DNA of 59,529 nucleotides from Octopus bimaculoides (Eukaryota), in contig NC_068981.1 in the NCBI RefSeq assembly GCF_001194135.2, positions 110,185,846 to 110,245,374 of the forward strand, read 5' to 3'. This document shows positions 26,142 to 38,050 of the stretch, piece after piece (position 1 is the first letter of the stretch; the number at the start of each line of letters is the position of its first letter). Under the pieces are notes generated by a model, which searched no databases, was not told the DNA's origin, and was given only the letters and a program-made list of their open reading frames with translations. Made by a program: the position numbers and the translations under genes.

Positions 26142-26365
26142 TACTCATTGTATGTGCCTGATAGATAAAAATATGTGTATATCTTTTACTTGTTTCAGCC
26201 ATTAGACTGTAGCCTTCTGGGGCACTGCCTTGAAGAGTTTTAGTCAAATGAATTAACCTCAGTGCTTATTTTTTAAACCTGGTACTTATTCTATTAGTCG
26301 CTTTTGCTGAACCATTAAGTTACAGGGACATAAATATACCAGCATCAGTTGTCAGCAATGGTGGG
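26142..26365 (-). mobile_element. Main SINE, 3' half
   Basis: atcttttacttgtttcagccattagactg...gttgtcagc. Confidence 0.8.
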
Positions 26366-26857
26366 GTATCAGAATACCACTTCCCAGAGATAGGAGCTAA
26401 CATTCCAAAGCCACATATTTCTTACTATTAAAATACACATTGTGAATGCAACGAATATAACAGAAATAAGCTTACCTTGTATGAACCCTTTGTATCACTA
26501 TACTTAAGGCTCATCAGCTGGACTTACTGTATATCATCTATTTTTGAAAATATTCATCACATTACACTATGTGTGTCCTTTCATAGTGTGTATTTTAATA
26601 GTGAGAAATTTGTGGTTTTGGAGTGTTAGTTCCTATCTCTAGGAAGCGGTATATTGATACTCTACTTAATTTATTTGTATATTTTACGTATATAGGTATA
26701 AACTTGCTGGCCACTTTATTATTTTTAATAATGGTAATAATACCTTACTTAATTTTATATATTACTTGTCCTGTTTTCCATTTTTTTCTCGTTGTTTACT
26801 TATTTCATGTTATTTGCACCATTGGTGATATCCTGTTCCCATATATGCATATATATA

Positions 26858-28020
26858 CAGGCGTTGGACAAAATGGAAACACCTAGCATCATAGCATCAT
26901 AATTTTGAAATATCTATAAAACCGTCAAAAGTCTGTTTATTTGTATGTTTTCTTGATTTATTATTAGTATTGCTTAATATGTTTTGCTAAATTGATGTTT
27001 CTTTTCAGATATCATCAGAAAAAGGTAATTAAAATTCATTAAAATGACAGATCTATCAGTTTTTCAAAGAGGTCAAATTGTTGGTACTCGTATGGCAGGT
27101 GCTAGCGTAATGAAAACAGCCGAAATGTTTGGTGTATCAAGAAGTACTGTCTCAAAAGTAACGACAACCTTTGAGAAAGAGGGGAAAACCTCCTTGTCAA
27201 AACAAAACACTGGAAGAAAACCAAAACTTTTAAGTAGGGACTGTCAGACTCTTATGCAAACTGTTAGAAAGGATCACAAAAGTACAACTCCAAAAATTAC
27301 TGCAGAGCTTAATGACCACCTTGAGAATTCAGTTTCCACAAAATCTGTTCGCTGGGAGCTGCACAAAGCTGGATTTCATGGGAGGGCTGCAATCAGAAAA
27401 CCACTACTTTCAAAAACAAATGCTGCAAAGTGTTTAGAGCGGAGTAAAAACCTACAGAATTGGTCCCTAGAGCAGTGGAAGAATGTTATTTTCTCGGATG
27501 AGTCATCTTTTACCTTATTTCCAAATACTGGCCGAGTATTCGTGTGGAGACAGCCAAAAGAAGCATTTGACCCAGACTGCCTTCTTCCAACTATTAAACA
27601 TGGCAGAATTAATAGTCAAGACTATTTAAGCATTTTATCTGATCAAATTTATCCTATGGTTGCAGAACAGTTTCCGGAGGGAAATGCAATCTTTCAGGAT
27701 GACAATGCACCAATTCACACAGCTAAAGTTGGTATGAGGAACATTCTAGTGAAGTTGAACATCTTATCTGGCGAAAACAATCTCCAGATTTCAATATTAT
27801 TAAACATTTATGGTCCATTTTAGAAAAACAACTAAGGAGTCAATATCCTCCACCATGTTTTAGCTGAAGAATAGACAAAAATTCCTCTTGAAACAATTCA
27901 AACTTTGTACAAGTCCATACCTCATAGAATTCAAGCTGCAATTACTGCCAAAGGCAATCCTATCCTATATTAAGATAAATTTGTTTGAAATTTTACGGTG
28001 TTTCCATTATTTTGTCCAAC

Positions 28021-28025
<5 letters not shown>
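26858..28025 (+). mobile_element. Near full-length defective Tc1 (DD34E-type) transposon
   Basis: TIRs CAGGCGTTGGACAAAA-TGGAAACACC and GGTGTTTCCATTATTTTGTCCAACCCCT, with TA flanks. ORF 27044-27823 has paired HTH, FSDESSF and FQDDNAPIH. After a frameshift it reads SPDFNIIKHLW (catalytic E>K). The VMVWG segment is deleted. Confidence 0.95.
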
Positions 28026-28059
<34 letters not shown>

Positions 28060-28182
28060 ATTAATACAATAATGGGATAAACTCTTATATAAGAATTTAT
28101 CAAGTATTTATCATGAAAAAAATTCATAGGGAAGAATCTATCGTTTTTCCCTAAATCATATTTATCTATTTATATATATATA

Positions 28183-28627
28183 AGGGCATAACTATACAAG
28201 AATGCCTCACGTTAACTACCGTAATAAACACATTTTTACCGAATGCGAGGAAATGCAGCCTTAATCGGAATAAAATTCAGCACTGAATATATTCCGGTTA
28301 TATATTTAAAAGACATGGTACCGAAGTGCAGCTCGAAAAGCCCGCCTTTTTCATAGATATATAGGGATAAACAATCTTCTATGTGCTGTCCAGAATACAT
28401 GAGGTGTTCGTTTGGTATGTTGATCTTTTGTTTATTTCTATGTGTCTTGACTATACTATACTGACAAATGAAGATTATATATTACTATAATGATCACGAA
28501 ATCGGCGATCTATAGTTCAGTCTGTTTTTAAAAGGCTAGCTTCTTTGAAGGCTGCATTTCCTCGCATTCGGTAAAAATGTGTTTATTATGGTAGTTAACT
28601 TGAGGCATTCTTGTATAGTTATGCCCT
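28183..28627. mobile_element. 445 bp MITE with 80 bp TIRs in (TA)n
   Basis: 28183-28262 versus the reverse complement of 28548-28627: 78/80 identical by eye. No ORF. Confidence 0.92.
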
Positions 28628-28744
28628 TATATATATATATATATATATTTGTGTGTGTGTATGTATATATATGTATGGGCATGTATATATATGTATATAT
28701 ATATATGTGTATTTATGTATATATATATGTATATATGTGTATGT

Positions 28745-29103
28745 GTCGTCGTCGTTTAACGTCCGCTTTCCATGCTAGCATGGGTTGGATGATTTGACTG
28801 AGGACTGGTGAAACCAGATGGCTACACCAGGCTCCAATCTGATTTGGCAGAGTTTCTACAGCTGGATGCCCTTCCTAACGCCAACCACTCAGAGAGTGTA
28901 GTGGGTGCTTTTACGTGTCACCCGTACGAAGGCCAGTCAGGCGGTACTGGCAACAGCCACACTCATCTCGCTCGAGAAACCTCATGTTTCACCCGCACAA
29001 GAGCCCCAGCCCAGAGGCACCGGCAACGATCCCGCTCGAAAATCCTGCAACAACCCCACACAAGAGCCAGCTCAGGGGCACCAGCAACGATCTCGCTCGA
29101 GTA
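28745..29103 (-). mobile_element. RTE 3' UTR/tail fragment
   Basis: gtcgtcgtttaacgtccgctttccatgctagcatggg...; both flanks are microsatellite. Confidence 0.88.
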
Positions 29104-29113
29104 NNNNNNNNNN

Positions 29114-29150
<37 letters not shown>

Positions 29151-29234
29151 TTGTATATGCATACCTATGCTTGTCTGTGTGTTATATACATGTGCATATA
29201 GATGTGTATATCTATATATGTGTGTGTTGCATAT

Positions 29235-29640
29235 AGGATAACGCTTGCAAAACTCAAGAGAGATTTAAAGAAGAATGTTACGATCGAGAAGGTAAATCAC
29301 AATGACCTTTTTGCGTGCACAGTTTGTGACAGACCATGCCTTTTTTTTACTGGGCTCAAATCTCATTTGCGTACCCATAGAAGACGAACCTCCTCCAATT
29401 ATGTGTCTGTGCACACCTTTGAATGCAATGAATGCCAGAACGTCTGCAAATGTAATGGAGGCCTCAAAAGACATTTTAAGATCCATAATGATCAGTGCTT
29501 AACTGCAGTTCTTGGTGGTCCAAATCGGATTTGAAGTCTATGTGGGTGTCTTTTCAAAACTATTGTCTGGTTTAAAAAGCCATACCTGATGCCATGATGG
29601 TTGTAACGTGTAGCTACAGGAGGTGGTCAAACTCTGCATA
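29235..29640 (+). mobile_element. Likely LINE (RTE-BovB-like) 3' end with tandem C2H2 zinc fingers
   Basis: CTVCDRPCLFFTGLKSHLRTH, CNECQNVCKCNGGLKRHFKIH, and a broken third finger ([10 protein letters not shown]). Confidence 0.55.
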
Positions 29641-29689
29641 AGGAGTAGTAGAGACAACCACTTTACATGCATGTGTGTGTGGATATAGA

Positions 29690-29731
<42 letters not shown>

Positions 29732-30006
29732 TGTGGATATAGGTGTGTGTATATATATATATATATATATGTGTGTATATATATGTAAGTATATATATTT
29801 GTATATATATATATATATATATATATATGGATTAAACTGATCCAGTGGTACTCATGAAAAAGCTCCTTTAGTGGATCAGACTACAGACTGCATAGTAAAC
29901 TAAAACAAAGGGGTGTANNNNNNNNNNNNNNNNNNNNNNNNNNNNNNNNNNNNNNNNNNNNNNNNNNNNNNNNNNNNNNNNNNNNNNTATATATATATAT
30001 ATATAT

Positions 30007-30037
<31 letters not shown>

Positions 30038-30047
30038 TAGATATATA

Positions 30048-30670
30048 TTATTCAGGATTATCTTTGTGAACAGCTTGTACACGTGAGACAGCAGGCATAT
30101 GGGTTGGTAGTTCTTTAGATCTTCTCTATCGCCCTTCTTATATAGCAGGATGGTATTTGACTCTTTCCACTGCGAGGGAATTCTTCCCTCGTCTAGGTAG
30201 TGCATGAATCACTTGGCGAGGATTTTCCAGAGCTGCTCTTTGCCTGACTTTAATACCTCCAATGTTATACCCTCTTTCCCTGGCGCCTGTTCATTTTTCA
30301 TCAAGCCAATGGCTCTTTTGACCTCACTGACAACGGTAGGTGGCACATTTTCTTCCTGTTGTAGTGGTGGTAATGGCTGGACATTTCTGGTAGACTTGAA
30401 GAGCTTGGTGTAGAAGTCTTTGCAAACCTTTTCCATCTCGCTCTTATCATTGACCGGTACTCTATCTGTATTCTTCAGGGCTGTTACCTCCGATCTATAT
30501 AGTGCCATGTCCCTCTTGCATTTCTTGAGGCTCTTCTTTTCCTCTGTGGCCTTCAGGAGCTTCTCCATTTGGTATGCCTCAAAGTCTCTCTTCAGTTGCT
30601 GACGAATCACTCTGCTGAGAAGGGAGTATTCAAAGTGATCTTCAATAGTCCTCTTCATATTCGTCATGTT
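30048..30670 (-). mobile_element. Inverted 5' segment of a second-family RTE LINE
   Basis: EKVCKDFYTKLF...KNEQAPGKEGIT...WKESNTILLYKKGDREDLKNYQPICLLSHVYKLFTKIILN. Confidence 0.88.
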
Positions 30671-30672
30671 AT

Positions 30673-31861
30673 CTTGATGAACAACAATCGAGGGAGCAAG
30701 CCTGCTTCCAGAAGAGCTATAGCACGGTGGACCATATATTTACTCTAACACAACTGCTTGAGCAAGCGAATGAGTACAAGCTGCCTCTTTTCATTGCGTT
30801 TGTAGACTGAGAAGGCCTTCGACAGCATTGAAACCAATGCAGTGCTGAACTCACTACAGAGGCAATGAGTCAAGGCGCAATATGTGCAACTGCTCAGGGA
30901 GGCAAATTCCGGATGCACCACCGACATAGCTCTGCTGTCATCACCTGTATGAGTGCCTGTCGAGAAGGGAGTGAAGCAAGGAGATGCGATCTCTACAAAA
31001 CTTTACACGAGCAGATCATCAGAGGCATCGACTGGCAAGGCAGTGCTAACATCAATGGTGAGCTCCTTACCCACCGCCATTTCGCTGATGACATTGTAAT
31101 CATCGCTGAAACCATGGATCAGCTTCGGACCATGCTGACGGAGCTCGACATCAAAAGCTCTGCAGTAGGTCTCAAGATTAACCGCATGAAAACAAAGGGT
31201 TCATGCGGTCCGACAACGTACCAACAGGTTGAATGGTGGTTGGCAGTGATGAAATAGAGGAGGTAAAGGAATATGTCTACCTAGGACAGGAAGTGAATAT
31301 GTGCCTAGACATCGAAAAGAAGATTTTGCGGAGAATAAGGGCCGGAAGGAAGGTGTTTAATAGCATAGCTCAAGGGAAGGTTGGACAGGACCACCCGCAC
31401 CAACCTCATAAATAGCACAGTTCTACCTGCAATGTTATATGGTAGTGAAACATGGGCTGCAACAAAGAGAGAAGAGCAGAAATTTGTAACGGCTCAAAGA
31501 GCCATGGAGAGGTCAATGCTTGGAATCTCGTTGAGAGAGCACATCAGTAGTGAGGTCATCAAACAGAAGTCTGGTGTGAGGGATGTCATCATAGAATATA
31601 TACGCAGCAAGTTTAGATGGGCTGGACACATTGCCTGGCTCACTGATAATTGGTGGATCTGTGCAGTTGTCGAGTGGTACCCACGTGAGTGGAAACGACC
31701 ACTCGGAAGGCCTCCACAACGGTGGAGTTAAGATTTTAGGAGGGCAATTGGGACAACGTGGATGAGGAAGGTGCAATCCAGAGAGGTGTGGACAGCCTGC
31801 TGTGACCAGCGGTGTCAAATGGACGCCCGACGGACTGGTCGGTCAAGTTGATCATGGTGAT
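30673..31861 (+). mobile_element. Direct 3' segment of the same RTE LINE
   Basis: LDEQQSREQACFQKSYSTVDHIFTL...EKAFDS...KGVKQGD...HFADDIV...YGSETW...KFRWAGHI...KRPLGRPP. Confidence 0.9.
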
Positions 31862-32300
31862 ATATATTTATATGTCTGTTTATCTTTTCTGCATCTATAC
31901 TTATTTATATGGAAATTGATAGGCATGTATATGTACAAGTATATCTAACTTTTATATATATGTGTATATATGAATGTGTTATTATCTGTGTGAAAATAGA
32001 AATATCTTTATTCATGTATATTTATCTTTATTCATGCATATATATTTATGCAATAATTATAATTAGAGAATCAATGACTTGTAGGGACATGGCATTTTCA
32101 TTATGTAACCATAATATACTACAAAGTTTGTAAGTCAATACTGTGTACTACTGTGTTGGCAGTGTTCTTATATCTCATGTTAAGATCATCTCTACAGATT
32201 TTCAATAGAAATTATAGCCAGCACTGATTTTGTTATAATGTTACATATCCAAGACACCAGATGTAAACAAACAATGAGATTGAGAATTAAAGCATGGGTA

Positions 32301-32352
32301 ATGGGTATATATGCCATATTTCAGGAGTTTTTGCTCCTTCATCAGTGCCCAT
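32301..32352 (-). ncRNA. Minimal type I hammerhead ribozyme
   Basis: atgggca CTGATGA aggag-caaaaa-ctcct GAAA tat-ggc-ata TA^tacccat. AUA triplet; one stem I mismatch. Confidence 0.8.
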
Positions 32353-32649
32353 CTAACCTGTTAGTCACCCACAAACATATTGCTTTAATAGTTACTGATA
32401 TACCAATTTACATATCAAATACATTCCTGGAAGCCAGTACATAACTATTAATGACTTGTAGGGACATGGCATTTTAAATGATTTTATAAGTCAATACCAT
32501 GTGATTCTATGTTAGCAGTGCTCCTAAATCACATATTAAGGGCATTTATACAGATTTTCCATAGAAATTATAGCTAGCACTGATTTTGTTACTTTTTGTA
32601 TCCATGACACCAGACGTAAACAATGAGACTGAGGATGAAACAATGGGTA

Positions 32650-32701
32650 ATGGGTGGATATGCCATATTTCAGGAGTTTTTGCTCCTTCATCAGCACTCA
32701 T
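32650..32701 (-). ncRNA. Minimal type I hammerhead ribozyme
   Basis: atgagtg CTGATGA aggag-caaaaa-ctcct GAAA tat-ggc-ata TC^cacccat. AUC triplet; one stem I mismatch. Confidence 0.8.
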
Positions 32702-32999
32702 CTAACCCATTAATCATCCACTACATTGCCACTACATATAGTGGTGTAACATTATTGGATACAATATAGAGATTGGTACATTCTCAAAATTTATTTCCTT
32801 TTATTTTATGGTATGTCATACAACATACTCTTATGGTTACAATGACCTACATGTATTTCTGCTGCACAGAGTACCATAAAATAAAAGAAAATAAATTTTG
32901 AGAATGTACCATATTTCCTATCATTATAATTATTGTTAATATACACTCCAGATAATATTTCAATCCAGTTAAACAAACACAGAATACATATTTGTAGGT

Positions 33000-33685
33000 G
33001 TGTGCAGGTGGGTGCCCATGATGGTTTAATGCTTATCTCCCTTTTATTCATCATAGTCATCCAGGCAATACTGAAAGAGTTTAGACTGGGTGGATATGGG
33101 AACTACTATATGCTGATGATCTCATTCTCATAACTGAATCTTTAGTAGGATTAGGGAAGAAATTCCTGGCGTGGAAGCAAAATCTGAAATCTAAGGGCCT
33201 CAAAGTAAACTTAGCAAAAGCTGAAGTATTAATCAGTATGAAAACTGACTAGACTCTACCACATAGAAATGGCTTTGTTTGATATGTAGAAGTGTGATGG
33301 AATCATGGCCAGGTTAACAGAGAAAGCTGGATTTCTATATAGCAGATGTTCAAGAACAGTAAATAGTAAGGGTGCACAGGACATAGATACTCCCAAATGC
33401 CCAGAAGAATCCCTAGAGGTAATAAGATAGCTTGTTATCTTGGTGACCTAATTAGCAGTGGTGGCAAATGTTCTGAAAGTGTATTACTTAGAGTAAGAAC
33501 AGGCAGATTGTATGGCTTGTGTACAAACTGCAATACTTCATGCTAGTGAGACATGGGCAATGAATACAGAGGAATTGTGATGACTAGATATGCAATATCT
33601 GTGCATGAATGACTGAGCGCAAAACTGGGCATAAGAGTAATTAGATATAGTGTGCAAGAAAGAAGACTACATTAGTTTGGGTACC
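33000..33685 (+). mobile_element. Strongly decayed RTE LINE fragment
   Basis: gaactactatatgctgatgatctc (LLYADDL), caaagtaaacttagcaaaag, gttatcttggtgacctaattagcagtggtgg. Confidence 0.8.
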
Positions 33686-34316
33686 TTTATTTGTATATCG
33701 ATCTATATAATTTCCGAAATATGGAACATTACATTTTCAAATGTAATGTTACAGGTACAACTATATTCAGGTTTAATTTTTTTTATTAAAAATCTTTCAT
33801 GTTTGTTTTGGAACAGTAGCATTCCTAAATCTATTAGTCCATTAATGAGCCAAGACTTTCTCAACCTCATCATCAAAATAAAATGATAGTGTGTTTCTCA
33901 TGTGCTTTGCAGCAGGTTGCCAAGGGTCATGGTGATGCTGTTGTAACAGATATAATAGTCAACACAATTATTATAAATTATATATATAATGATTAGTCCC
34001 TGGTAGATTTCATGGTCCACTTTATGTATGCTGTCAGTGTATGTTGGTTTCTGTTTTGTATTTTACTTTTTTTTAAACTTCCATCATTTACTTATTTTTT
34101 ATAAATTCTGTATAAAATTATACAGTTTTCAACTATTGTTTTTCTATTTAATTTTATTTCATGTACTGTGTTATAAGTTGTAATGGATTCTCGTTTCAAA
34201 TGTATGGTCAACCAAGAAAAAAAGAAGGAAGTGCTGTACCAATGCAAAGTGAGACCAATGCAATACAGTTTACAGCTTTCATGCTTACATATATGGGTGC
34301 ATGTGTAGATAATGAT

Positions 34317-34348
<32 letters not shown>

Positions 34349-34511
34349 GTGATTGTATGTGTGTGTATGTCTTTAATTATTGATACATTCTGAGCAGTAG
34401 AAAATAAATTTAAAATAAAACACTTCTAAGGCACAAGTAATGCTAATTGATCTCTCCAATTTCTGTAATCCCTTACTGGGTTTATAAGTAGTGTCTTTGA
34501 GCAGAACAGTT

Positions 34512-34573
34512 ACAGAAAGGATTTTACTGATGAAATCTTAACACAGAATTGAAACTAGTCTGGCTTTTTCTGT
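34512..34573 (+). ncRNA. Candidate decayed minimal hammerhead ribozyme
   Basis: acagaaaggatttta CTGATGA aatc..gaatt GAAA C-ta-G TC^tggctttttctgt. GUC triplet; distal stem I pairs, proximal stem I is weak. Confidence 0.5.
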
Positions 34574-34658
34574 TAATGTGATTATTTTGTATAGACACCA
34601 GGTGTTTACATCTATCAACTATATATAGTGTTAGCTAAAAATCTGTAAGTATGTGAAT

Positions 34659-34689
<31 letters not shown>

Positions 34690-36604
34690 TACACTTCTAG
34701 AAACATTCCAACTTATCTTAAGTTAGTTGTTTACATGGATAAATAATACTATTGATGCAATGAAGTTTGAACTACTATTGCTTTCAAGATGAATTTTTTC
34801 TTCATTATCTTCTATGATAGTGGCAGTATATTGACTTTACTTTGGCCTAATTTTTAGTTAATCTCATAATGCTGACTAATGTGTAGTTTTGTTCTTTTAA
34901 TGCTGCTATTATTTTGCTTGTATGTATTTGTATAAACATCTCTCTGCACATTGTGATTGCTCTGTATGCATCCTGTTTGCTGCTTTATCTAAATTTATAC
35001 TGTGAAGTGTCTAGATTTTCTCTGAGGGAATTTCTCTCTAAAACCTTCCCAAATTTGTATGTTTATACTTGTTTTAGAAATAATTTTGCATTGTTTGTGT
35101 ATTAACAACTGACATCTGCAACTTGAATGTGGAAATATGCACTACATGCAATTTTTAGTTTTCACACCAATGATACTTTGTTGATAGAAGTGGGGTAAAT
35201 TATTCCTGTCATTATTTTTCTAAAAGGTTTGATACTGCAATCAAGTGCCGTTTTCCTATCCAATAATATGATTTGCTTTTGATATAAACATACCGATGTG
35301 CGTGTGTTCCCCTACATATGCTTACAGATACATGCAGGTGAAAGCAAAGAATCTTATTGGCAGTCAGGATCTTGCATGTATAGTTGTGCACACTGACACA
35401 GATGCATGTATGCAATTAAATGTGCACATGCAAGCATTATTGAATATGCATATGTAGGGCTGCATACAGGCAAACATGCATTCATCAGTGTATGCAGCCT
35501 GTGCATGCTGACACACAGACACAGTTGCACACACCTATGGAAAAAAGCTAAGTATCTGCTGAGTAAGGATAACTTGAAAGAATTTGAATGAAAGAAGAAA
35601 GTAGTGGGAGAGAGGAGCAATTCATCTTCAGGGTTTATTCTTTGATTTCTTTTCAGAATAAAAGAATGACTGAGCAAGTATTCTTTTTGCTTCTTTAGTG
35701 ATGGTGGAGTACACATGTACTGCTCATTTCTATATATCTGTGACAGAAATCTTGAATCAATAGATTATGATAACATTAGTGAAAACAGGGAAGGAAGCAG
35801 ATGTGGGGTATGTTAATTTGATCTAGTAAAGAAATAACAGAAGTGAATGAAGTAGGTAGAAGAATGAGAAATGATCCTGTTGTTGGAAAATTGGTATGGA
35901 GTAGTTATCGTGTGTGTGTGTGTGTGTGTGTTTGCACTTATATTTGGTTAACTGTGTTTGTGTTGTTGTACTGAGAGGAAACAATTGTAAGAGTTGGAAG
36001 TGGAATACAAGCAGTTGTGCATTGTGGTAAAATATTGGTGGAAAGCTCTAGTCATGTCACTCTATCATTGTTGTACCTTGTAAAGATGTCACATATAAAT
36101 CTCTTGTTAAGTTTTGCTGTTTTAAGAAGCTTCTCCATTCTGCTAGATACCTATTCTATACAACATTGCCATAAAATTCCATTATTCTACTATATTTTTA
36201 TTTACTATTCATATACAATTCTATATAATAAAACAAACCCAAAGCTGAAAAATCTTTTATCCCTTTGTATATCATCTTTTTTTCTGTATTTTATGTCCAT
36301 TTTGACCATATTTTCTTTGTTTCTTTTTGTCTTTTCATTGATATCTTATATTTTTACTTATTATTTTTCTGTTGCCTCATTATGATATCAAATTCAACTA
36401 GTTGAAGGCCATTTCTGATGCTTCATGGCTATGGGTGGTTCATTGAAGGAGTAAGTTGTTTGTATCTTAGTATACTGTTTACTTGTTTGTTTCACTGGAG
36501 TTACTTTTAATCTATAAAAGAAATTTTGTCTCCTGTTTACAGAGGCAAGAAAACTCCAGTTTTAAGAAGAGAGAATATGAGATGATATGTTTGTGACTTT
36601 TTTT

Positions 36605-36870
36605 TTTTTGTTATCGAGGCATCATCCCGTCAGGCTGATTGCCCGGGCCAGCCTGACTACTTCTCACCATCCCTCCCAATCTTCCATTTGTGTTTTTAGG
36701 GTTTTCAACTTGATATCCAACACCTTCTGCAAGCTATTGTATATACATCTTCTGTGGTCTTCTAACCACTGTGGTACTATGATTTGGTGTCCACAGCAAC
36801 ACATTACTCACAAGTTCTTTACTTCTCCAGCAGTGGCCAGCAAACATCAATCTTCACTCTTGAATGGTTG
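36605..36870 (-). mobile_element. 3' end of another non-LTR element
   Basis: Minus strand shows a GRPQKMYIQ-like (GRP-TY-D) C-terminal motif, preceded by a decayed HCWR-like segment. Confidence 0.5.
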
Positions 36871-37204
36871 ATGTGAGGCTAACATTTTTACGCTAAAATT
36901 AAGATGTGGGAAGGCAGAATATACACCCTTTTCTTTATGCATTCAAATATGTTTTTTCTTTTTTTTTTATCTCATAGAAATGGTACGTTTAGTTTATAAA
37001 TATCAATAGGTTTCATCACTAAAGAGTTAAGGACATAAAAGGAATGGTTCCGTTTGGGAACCATTTGGTAATTGTGTTATTACTTCATTGAAGCGCTGTT
37101 TATGATTACCATTGAAATATTTCTTACATTGGTACAAGTTCATAAATTTCTGGTGTATATAGTCTGTGAAACTGAGCCTACATGTACCTGGTACTTATTT
37201 TATT

Positions 37205-38050
37205 GACCCAGAAAGATGACTAGAGCATCTTTCAAGGATATAGATATCTTTGGCTTAATCATATGTTACCATCAACATAAGAAAGTCTATATCCTGAATA
37301 CAACCCTAGACTTTGAGAGGCAAGTACAATCCCTACAGAAAGCTCAGTGAAGAAATCGTTTATAATTATAGATACCCTCCCTTACCCATAACTACAAACC
37401 TAGTCACAGATATCAGCAGAAGAATTTTATCCAATTTATCAGCAGACTAGTGAGGTCTTCAACAGGGCCATACAAGGTGCTAGCAAGAAGTACTCATAAG
37501 TTAGGGCATAAACCTGAAGAGGGTTAGAAAGAAAAAGGAAAGATAATCTGATTCCATCCTCCATTCAATCTGGATGTTTCTCGACTCTAGTTGGTCAGCA
37601 TTTCCCAACTTTCTGAAGATCAAGATCAGGTACTTGTGTTTTGGTAATATTACTTCCAACAATACACTGTACAACACATGCACTGACATAGTCTTCACCC
37701 AACACTCTAACCTGTAATTACAAAAACTCTATCAAGTTTCAAACTGGGAGGATCCTGTTTCTCAAAGACTGGGGTCTATAGAGCTGTCTTCACATTATCC
37801 AATGGCATCACAAAACCTTACACAAGCATGACAGCCAATTTAAAGGAAGATTCATGCAACATATACACTGCTTCAGGTGTAAAGACAGGGAAAACCCCAC
37901 CTCCTTGTTTCACTTTGGAGATTCTAGGGAATTGGAGACAACTACTATTATATAGAGCATCATTGACAGGACTTGCTCTTACACATGTAGAATTTGTAAT
38001 TGTCAACACTAGTTCCATGAGATATTGTACCCGCAGTATCCGTCAATAGG
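37205..38050 (+). mobile_element. Decayed Penelope-like element (thumb plus GIY-YIG)
   Basis: GKYNPYRKL; LGGSCFSKTGVYRA...PYTSMTA; FKGRFMQHIHCFR..ENPTSL. Confidence 0.7.

Larger units (their letters stand above)
32073..32765 (-). repeat. Tandem dimer of a ~350-380 bp hammerhead-bearing unit (non-LTR retrozyme-like or pLTR array)
   Basis: aatgacttgtagggacatggc at 32073 and 32450; one hammerhead per unit; no ORF. Confidence 0.85.

Noticed and set aside
26471-26545. Minus-strand AAG|GTAAGC donor
   Set aside because: No convincing acceptor, and stops in the frames examined.
33913-33942. Plus micro-exon candidate QVAKGHGDAV (also 17684-17723 and 35657-35677)
   Set aside because: Acceptors are plausible but donors are weak and no protein is recognised.
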